Shown here piece by piece: positions 57,574-64,000 of a stretch of DNA of 64,000 nt (within the stretch, counting starts at the first letter, position 1; each line of letters begins with the position of its first letter). A program made the translations under genes and the position numbers. The notes under the pieces are model-generated. The model did no database searches, was not told the DNA's origin, and saw only the letters and a list, made by a program, of their open reading frames with translations. Source of the stretch: Candidatus Iainarchaeum sp. (GTDB lineage: Archaea; Iainarchaeota; Iainarchaeia; Iainarchaeales; JAXPJC01); assembly GCA_016187745.1 (NCBI GenBank), contig JACPJC010000006.1:26747-90746 (forward strand). Direction: 5' to 3'.

Positions 57574-57609
57574 CATTTCGGTTCAGATAGTTAGCAAGGT
57601 GATGAAACA

Positions 57610-57912
57610 ATGGCTCCGTGGGACCCTCTGAAAATGCTGATTGGAAGCGCTGAAACCCTTTCCGCGCCGATAATATGGATTGTACTAATACTCTCAATTG
57701 CGCTTTTTGCAATATCCTTTTTGGCATACAACAAAAATAAAACCAAAAAGCTCCTTTTCGTGTGCATTGCATTTTTCCTTTTTGCTGTGAAGTTCGTCCT
57801 GATGGCGCTTGATTTGTATGTGAGCCCGGGAAAGTTCTTTTCAGTTCCCATAGGGAATGTCTTTGACCTTGCAATAATGCTACTTCTGTTTGCTGCAATA
57901 TTCAGGAAGTAG
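57610..57912 (+). CDS. Small membrane protein
   Basis: Three hydrophobic helices. Confidence 0.45.
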   Translation: MAPWDPLKMLIGSAETLSAPIIWIVLILSIALFAISFLAYNKNKTKKLLFVCIAFFLFAVKFVLMALDLYVSPGKFFSVPIGNVFDLAIMLLLFAAIFRK

Positions 57913-57923
57913 GTGCATCCGGA

Positions 57924-58538
57924 ATGCAACCTATGCAGCCCGAGGCGCAGGAAATTCCTTATTTTGATGAGGCAAAGGAGGCGCTTGCGCTGGGCGTAAG
58001 GAATAAAATATACAAGGTTGTCGAGGGTGCCCCTGGATTGCATTTCCGCGAAATCCAGAGGCGCACAAACCTTGCAATCGGAAGCCTGCAGTACCATCTG
58101 GAGTACCTGCAGAAAAAGCATTTATTGCGCGCAGAGCGCGAGGGGAAATTCGTAAGATACTATGCAATACGCGCGCCGGATTTGGGCGCCGACACGCAGC
58201 TAATGAACCTGCTCAGGCAGCAGAGCATAAGGAGGATTGCACTTTTTTTATTAACGCGCAAGCGCGCGAGCAATGCGGCGATTGCCGCTGCAATAGGCGT
58301 TTCGCCTTCAACAGCCTCATGGCACATTGATAAGCTCATAAAGACTAATATTGTCGCAAAAAAGCGCAGGGGGAGAAAATGCTCCTTTTATTTGGTTGAG
58401 CCTGACAGAGTAAGGAATCTCATCCTGAATTACAGGAAGAGCTTTTTGGATGAGCTTGTGGACGGCTTTGCGGAAATCTGGGACCAGATGGAAGTCGCGA
58501 ATGCCGCAAAGGAAAGCGCAAGGGCGAGGAAGAAATAA
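57924..58538 (+). CDS. Winged-helix transcriptional regulator (two ArsR/TrmB-like wHTH domains)
   Basis: Two wHTH-like segments (LHFREIQRRTNLAIGSLQYHLEYLQKKHLL and NAAIAAAIGVSPSTASWHIDKLIKTNIV). Confidence 0.6.
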   Translation: MQPMQPEAQEIPYFDEAKEALALGVRNKIYKVVEGAPGLHFREIQRRTNLAIGSLQYHLEYLQKKHLLRAEREGKFVRYYAIRAPDLGADTQLMNLLRQQSIRRIALFLLTRKRASNAAIAAAIGVSPSTASWHIDKLIKTNIVAKKRRGRKCSFYLVEPDRVRNLILNYRKSFLDELVDGFAEIWDQMEVANAAKESARARKK

Positions 58539-58574
58539 ATAGTGTTTTATGCCTTAATGCCGGAAACCGCAAAT

Positions 58575-60436
58575 TTACTTGACGCATGCACCGTCTTCGC
58601 AGCTGCCTGCGCACGCAACTAGATCTCCGCCGGTTTTTCCCTCAGAGGTGCAGTAAAACTCCATAACATTGCTCTTGTCTGGACAATAATCATCCTGGCT
58701 TCTATAGCCATCATCAAATGTCCCCGTAACAGTTCCTTTAATCGTAGTTTCTATTCCGCCATCTGTGTCTGTGCATGCTTCTTTTAGGCATGCACCATCA
58801 TTGCAGCCGTTTGCGCAGGGCACCCATGATTCATAAACCGGCGTGCTGTCTTCGCAATATCCCTCATTCAGGTAACAATTGCTTCCTGAGCAGCTATCTA
58901 CAAGATAATCCTTTTTTGTAATGTCCAAGCATGTGTCATCGGCGAAAGTCTCCAGCCCATTGACTATCCCCTTAGCAACCCCTTGTACATAATAGTCCTT
59001 TCCGCCGTCGGAGTCTGTGCATGTTGCTTCTGTTACTTTCAGCATTTTTATTTTAACTGAGGTTGTTTTGTTTGCAGAAACTGACACTTTTTGCCTGGCT
59101 TCCAAATAACCCTTCTTTTTTACTGAAACTTCATATGAGCCTGTGGCTAAAGATTTGATAGTAACTGGTGTTTTGCCTAGGCTTTCCCATTCGCCAATAC
59201 CTGAGCTCCTTATATAAGCATCCGCCTTGCTCGGTGTTGAAGTGATTTTCAATTTGCCAGTGGTAACTGTTTCTTTTTTGAGTTTTGCATGCACCTTTGT
59301 AGTCTTATTTGCGGATATTTTTATTGTTTTAATATAGGAAATATAACCTCCCAGCTCAACTGCAATCTTGTAAGTGCCTACATCAACTTCCATTTCCAGC
59401 GGAGTTTTCCCGGGGCTGTTTGTTACATTGAGCCCAACATTAGTTAGCCAGACAGTTGCACCACTTGGATCAGAAGTTATTTGCAATTTGCCAAATGCTG
59501 TAGGCACTGTAGCTGCGCCTGTTGTTTTTGCTGATTTGCCCTTTGTTTTCTTTGTTGTGGTTGCCTTTGTCAGCTTTGCATGCATGGGGGTTGTTCTGTT
59601 TGCCTTAACCACAACGCTCTTGCTGTAATCCTTGTAGCCTTTCTTTTTGACCAGAACCTTGTGAGTTCCTGTTGTTTGGTCCTTAACCGTCAAGGGGGTC
59701 ATGCCGGCGTATCTCTCATCAACATAAACATCCGCCTTGCTGGGGCTGGAGGTCACTTTTATTTTGCCGTATTCCTGCTTTTTGCAAGCGCCATCATCAC
59801 ATCCGCTGGAGCACACATAATGCACAGAAGAAGTAAAACTTGTGTTGGAGGGGCAGAAATATTCGCGCAAAGCATCTTCTACAAATTTGCCATCAATTAT
59901 TGCATCAACACAAGCATCATTAACCTGTGTTGTGTCTACTAATGCCCTGTTGCTGTCGCTGCCTGCATTTACATCATATTTACTAGTTGTAGTCGTGCCT
60001 TTTGCATAGTAATCCTGCCCACCATCGCTTTCCGAGCATTCATAGGCAGTTGACCTGTTTGAGTCTGAAGTGTTTGAATCTGCATTTGCATCTGATTTTT
60101 GCAGTTCTGCTTTCAGCAAGCTAGTGTTATACGGTATGAAATAATCCGCCGCATATTCGCTTTCATAATCCTTATAGCCAGACATCTTTAATACTAATTT
60201 AAATTCAGTTGGGGCTGATGAAATGCCTATTGGCGTTTTTCCATATAGTAGAATTCCTTATTTATGCCGAGATTTGTAAAATACACATCTGCCCCGCTTG
60301 GATTTGATGTTATATACATATATCCGTTTTCATCGCCATACATCCAGCCATTGCCGGTATCAAGTGCCTTTGCGTTAGCAGTGGATAAAAACAGGATAAG
60401 AAGCGCAAATGCAAAAATAATTTTTGTGGAATTCAT
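58575..60436 (-). pseudogene. PEGA-domain, Cys-rich surface protein gene interrupted within the first PEGA domain (69-aa signal-peptide ORF + 536-aa ORF in a different frame)
   Basis: ORF 60227-60436 encodes the signal peptide and the start of a PEGA domain (ITSNPSGADVYF...). ORF 58575-60185 begins MSGYKDY, which is the PEGA K-GY-DY end motif. The two are 41 nt apart and in different frames. Downstream are about 5 PEGA repeats and three CxxGCxDGAC motifs. Confidence 0.5.
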
Positions 60437-60513
60437 TCTATCTAATGAATTAATGCTTATTCCATATATATATCTTTCTGTTTTGTTAGTTGATTTGGAT
60501 GTTCGGCAAATGC

Positions 60514-61128
60514 CTATTGCGTGGAGAGCGCCTTTGCAATTCCCATCAGTATTGCATCAATCAGCGAGAAAAGCGCGGTAATTATGCCTGGATTGTAGGC
60601 TGAGAGCAGGACAAATGCAAGCCATATTATGCGGAAGGCAAAGGCGTAATTGAAAAGGAGCATCAGGCCAAGCAGGAGCACAAGCGGAATAAATACAAAG
60701 GGGAATGTAATCAGCCAGAAGATGCGCATTGATGCCTTTTTTCCGCGCAATATTGCCTTTGAATAGAAATTTATGAGCGTGCTGAAGGAGTTTTTCGCAT
60801 CCTGCACGCTTGGGAAGGAATAGAGGATAAGCGCGAAGGCGAACCAGTAGTAAATAATTACAATAATATTGAATTCCGAAAGCATTGCATTTGCGGCATT
60901 GAGGAGCAATATGGCGAAGAAATTCCCCAATACGAACGGCGCAAGCGTAATTACTATTGATTGCCAGACATTCGGCTGCTCGTGCGCTACATATGCTTCC
61001 TCGGTTCCGAAGAATTTTACTTTCCGGACTTTAACTCCGCAGAAAATGCAGGCGATGTAGTGCGAGAGCTCGTGGAATATCATTCCCGGAAAAAATACGT
61101 AATGCCAGAATAATTGCCTTGAAGCCAT
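60514..61128 (-). CDS. Membrane protein with HExxH motif (putative zinc metalloprotease)
   Basis: FHELSHYIA within a polytopic membrane protein. Confidence 0.5.
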   Translation of the reverse strand: MASRQLFWHYVFFPGMIFHELSHYIACIFCGVKVRKVKFFGTEEAYVAHEQPNVWQSIVITLAPFVLGNFFAILLLNAANAMLSEFNIIVIIYYWFAFALILYSFPSVQDAKNSFSTLINFYSKAILRGKKASMRIFWLITFPFVFIPLVLLLGLMLLFNYAFAFRIIWLAFVLLSAYNPGIITALFSLIDAILMGIAKALSTQ

Positions 61129-61164
61129 AATTTAAATTGGGCATTCAAATTTAAAATGCAGACG

Positions 61165-61380
61165 CTATATTGGGAGTTCGGGGGGCGCATCAGAGCTTGC
61201 TGCCGTTTCGCTTCCCGGAGTTGGCGGATTTGAAATCTTGCAGTCATTTGCGCAATTTTCAACATTCTCGCCCTTGTCGCATGTGCTGTTGTTGTTGCAT
61301 GCCTGCTCAACGCAGCCGCTGAGCAACAATAGCAAAACCAGCGCAACCCCGAAAATTAAAATCGTTTTTTTCATTTTCAT
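61165..61380 (-). CDS. Small secreted Cys-rich protein (lipobox-like LSGC)
   Basis: Signal peptide. Six Cys. Pro/Thr/Ser tail. Confidence 0.5.
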   Translation of the reverse strand: MKMKKTILIFGVALVLLLLLSGCVEQACNNNSTCDKGENVENCANDCKISNPPTPGSETAASSDAPPELPI

Positions 61381-63956
61381 TATCCCTCTTTGTTGGTACG
61401 TTCAAGTACGCATATGCTTGCCTGGCATTTTGGCTCAGGAGCAAAACAGGTCCAGTCGTCTGATATTACTGTTGGGCAAAGAGTGTTCCTGCATTTTTCT
61501 GATAATAATTCATCCCAATACTCAGAGTATTTTTTATTTATTGCAATATTGCTTCCCCCTGAGCTGCAGCCGCAGCAGCCACCCTGAACTGAAATGCAGT
61601 CGTCATTCTCTTCGCAGGCATAAACATTGGGCTCGGGCTCAGGGTTTTCAGGCTCTTCGGGCTCATCAGGCATTGGGGGCTCAATCTCTCCTTCCCCGAG
61701 AATGCAGGATTCCTCAGCATAAACTGCCATTCCCTTGCCCAGATCGCTTTCGCTTATTTCCCTTGTAAGCGCCTTTTCCCATTTCCTGCTGTTCGCATTG
61801 TAGAAATATGCCGCCTTGAATTCGCAGTTCTCAAAGTCCGTTATTTTCTTTTTCAGCATATCTGCAAACACAGGGATGAAATTCCAGCCCTTTTCAAGGG
61901 GGGCTATAAACTCCAATGGGAATGATTTCCTGACAGTGCCTTCCGGAGAGCAGCCCTTTCCGGGATTGTAAAGCCAGATTGCCCTTGTAAATGAAGGCTG
62001 TGTTACCGGCTCAAACTTGTTTTCGGCAGTGTTGTATTCAAATATGCGCCAGTCGCTTACCTCGCAGTCAAATGCGCTCTCTCCGTCTATTTCCCCTGGC
62101 AAAGAAATGAGGTTCCAGCCCTTGTATATTTCAAGCTTTATCCTCAGGTCCGTGTTTTTCTCCGTAACAATGAATTCCGCGCTGCTGCCGCCCACTGCAA
62201 TAACCTTTATCGTGAAATCCCCCACATCAACGCTTTCGCCTGCACCCAATCTGTAGGTTTCAAATGGCATTGGCGGCATTGAAATTACCTGCATTGCCGC
62301 GTGGCCTGTAATGGCTACTGATGTTGCCGCAACTTGGGTTTTCTTTACAGTTGTTTCGTAAGTTTCCTGCTCAAGGCGCTTTCCTGTTTCTTTTGCGCTT
62401 AGGAGGTAATTGCTGACGCTGAATTCAACCTGCGAGTTTGAGGAATTTATCTGCAGGATATCAATGCGCAAATTCGCTTCCAGGACATTTGCAGCCTGCT
62501 GCCCGGAAAGCTTGAAGGGCTCGTTTGTATGGACATTGATTACCGCTTCGGAGCCTTTTGTAACCAGGAATGCCGCCGCATTCCCTGATGCCTTTGTCAG
62601 CTTTATTTCAAGGCCGTAAAGGCTGAGGGTTTCGCCCTCTGTTATTGTGTAAATTGCAACAGGCGGCCGGGATGCTGTTGCGCTTTCGGCATCCGATGCG
62701 GGCTGCGCAATTGTTTCATATTTCCAGACGCTTATTTTCGCACTGCCTGTCTTGACAGCGTGCAGCTTTATGTTCAGCCCTTCCTCAACAACATATGCTG
62801 TTTGCTCCACTTTCAAATCAAACTGCTCATTCAGATGAGCAGTTATAATTTCTTCCCCGCCACTTTTCTTTACAATAAAAACAGCATTCCCGCTTCCTAT
62901 GTCAAGAAGCCTTATGGAATAATTCCCAAGGGCGCGCTCCTCTCCCTCCCTCAAGGAAATATACTGCGGCAGCGCCTGAACGCACATCGCATTTTTAGGG
63001 CACGAGGGAACCAGCTGAACCATAATCCTTGCAACAGGCCTTGAGTCGCATCTGACCATTTCCTTGGATTTGCCTTTTTCTGCTTTTTCTGTTGCGCATA
63101 AAATTTCTTCAAGCCCCTGCAGTGTAATATTCATTGCTATGTTCAGCGCTCTCGCTTCCTGCATCTGCCCATCATAAACATTTGCTGTCTGGTTCACAAA
63201 CAGGGAGAATTTGTCGTTCAGATATGCTGTTACTTCCTTGCGCTCTTTCCCCCTCCTTACAATCAGGCTTGCGGAGTCCCTGCCAACATTTGTAAGCGTT
63301 ATTTCATGGCCGAAAATTTCCTGGACATTCAGCCCCTTCCTCTGGGTATTTAATTTTATATAATCTGTTTGTCCATTGGCTTGAGAAACTGAGAATGCTG
63401 CAGTTCCACTCTCGGCATCAAGGCCTTCAAGAGTTATTTTTAATTCAGTTTCCTTTACAAGCGCGGTCTGGTGCAGCTGCAAATTAAATCCGGAATTAAG
63501 GCTTACTGTAATCAAATCGGGCTTTTCCGCTTTTTCAACCATAATGCCTGAGAAATGCCTTCCCTCAACCGTTGTCCAAAGGCCGGAAAGCGTGATTTTG
63601 TAATTTTCAACATATTCATAGCCGCTGAGCTTAATCCTTATTACATGCACACTTCCTGAGGCAATGCTCACTGTGAGCTGGGCGTATTCTGCCGCTTCAC
63701 AAGGTGCTTTCACGCAGACAACATCCCCATAAACTACAATGTCATCAACCGTAACTTTCATTAATTCCTCCCCGGATTCGCTGAAAACCCTTGCTGTCTG
63801 CTTTTCCTCAAGTGTGATATGCTCCCCAAGCCTTGCCTTTACTTCTTCCGGGGTTGTTTCCTTTGTTATTACAAAGCTCGCCCAATTGTCAGCAGAAATT
63901 GCCGTATTTTTTATTTCAACCCCGAAAACATTTGCAGTGCCACCTACACTGAGCAT
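61380..63956 (-). CDS. Giant surface protein with tandem approx. 60-aa repeats and Cys-rich C-terminal domain (N-terminus may extend beyond window)
   Basis: At least 6 repeats of the type ...L-[x]-IGSGNAVFIVKKSGGEEIITAHLNEQFDLKVEQTAYV.... The C-terminal segment contains CISVQGGCCGCSSGG...C...C...C. Confidence 0.65.
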   Translation of the reverse strand: MLSVGGTANVFGVEIKNTAISADNWASFVITKETTPEEVKARLGEHITLEEKQTARVFSESGEELMKVTVDDIVVYGDVVCVKAPCEAAEYAQLTVSIASGSVHVIRIKLSGYEYVENYKITLSGLWTTVEGRHFSGIMVEKAEKPDLITVSLNSGFNLQLHQTALVKETELKITLEGLDAESGTAAFSVSQANGQTDYIKLNTQRKGLNVQEIFGHEITLTNVGRDSASLIVRRGKERKEVTAYLNDKFSLFVNQTANVYDGQMQEARALNIAMNITLQGLEEILCATEKAEKGKSKEMVRCDSRPVARIMVQLVPSCPKNAMCVQALPQYISLREGEERALGNYSIRLLDIGSGNAVFIVKKSGGEEIITAHLNEQFDLKVEQTAYVVEEGLNIKLHAVKTGSAKISVWKYETIAQPASDAESATASRPPVAIYTITEGETLSLYGLEIKLTKASGNAAAFLVTKGSEAVINVHTNEPFKLSGQQAANVLEANLRIDILQINSSNSQVEFSVSNYLLSAKETGKRLEQETYETTVKKTQVAATSVAITGHAAMQVISMPPMPFETYRLGAGESVDVGDFTIKVIAVGGSSAEFIVTEKNTDLRIKLEIYKGWNLISLPGEIDGESAFDCEVSDWRIFEYNTAENKFEPVTQPSFTRAIWLYNPGKGCSPEGTVRKSFPLEFIAPLEKGWNFIPVFADMLKKKITDFENCEFKAAYFYNANSRKWEKALTREISESDLGKGMAVYAEESCILGEGEIEPPMPDEPEEPENPEPEPNVYACEENDDCISVQGGCCGCSSGGSNIAINKKYSEYWDELLSEKCRNTLCPTVISDDWTCFAPEPKCQASICVLERTNKEG

Positions 63957-64000
63957 AGTGCTTGTCCCTATGCTCCCCTGGGTTATTGAAATCTGCGCTT

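Noticed and set aside
57336-57609. SRP RNA or RNase P RNA in the 274-nt intergenic region
   Set aside because: It is too short for RNase P RNA and lacks SRP helix-8 and Alu-domain consensus motifs. It is kept only as a generic sRNA or leader candidate.

Overview
This window is an archaeal chromosome segment. Archaeal/eukaryotic-only ribosomal proteins (L32e, L19e, S4e, L7Ae, S28e, L24e, S6e, S24e, S27ae), aIF2-gamma, aIF5B, SUI1, Rpp29, RpoD/N/E and Spt4 rule out a bacterium. GC is about 50%, genes are short and densely packed, Adk, RpoK and enolase are absent from their usual slots, and there are tRNA intron(s), which fits a small-genome, DPANN-like lineage (inference only). The backbone is the translation superoperon: aEF-2 (5' truncated), EF-1alpha and S10; about 11 kb of accessory genes; L3 through L15, SecY, the DUF106 YidC-like protein, L34e, Cmk and L14e; S13, S4, S11 and RpoD; an intron-containing type II tRNA; L18e, L13, S9, RpoN and S2; then GluRS, L7Ae, S28e, L24e and Ndk; a reverse-strand ThyA-family fusion; and aIF5B, S6e, aIF2-gamma, PIN, RpoE, Spt4, S24e, S27ae, Sua5 and Kae1. 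Three things are not explained by that backbone. (i) Three independent insertions (a 582-bp RelE-type toxin-antitoxin cassette, a 60-bp element and a 52-bp element) are each flanked by 20-42 bp direct duplications of the 3' end of the upstream gene, so the upstream gene is always left intact. (ii) A family of small palindromic repeats is present, including a 30-nt element in four copies, one of which is identical to the 5' coding sequence of rps17. (iii) There are several cell-surface modules: giant repeat proteins, PEGA/Cys-rich proteins, a membrane-anchored wHTH protein and an interrupted gene. The end of the window also carries bacterial-type coaD, coaE and rpiB, a CBSx4 protein whose C-terminus resembles HPF/RaiA, and a stand-alone Cas4-like nuclease. 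No rRNA genes or CRISPR arrays were seen.
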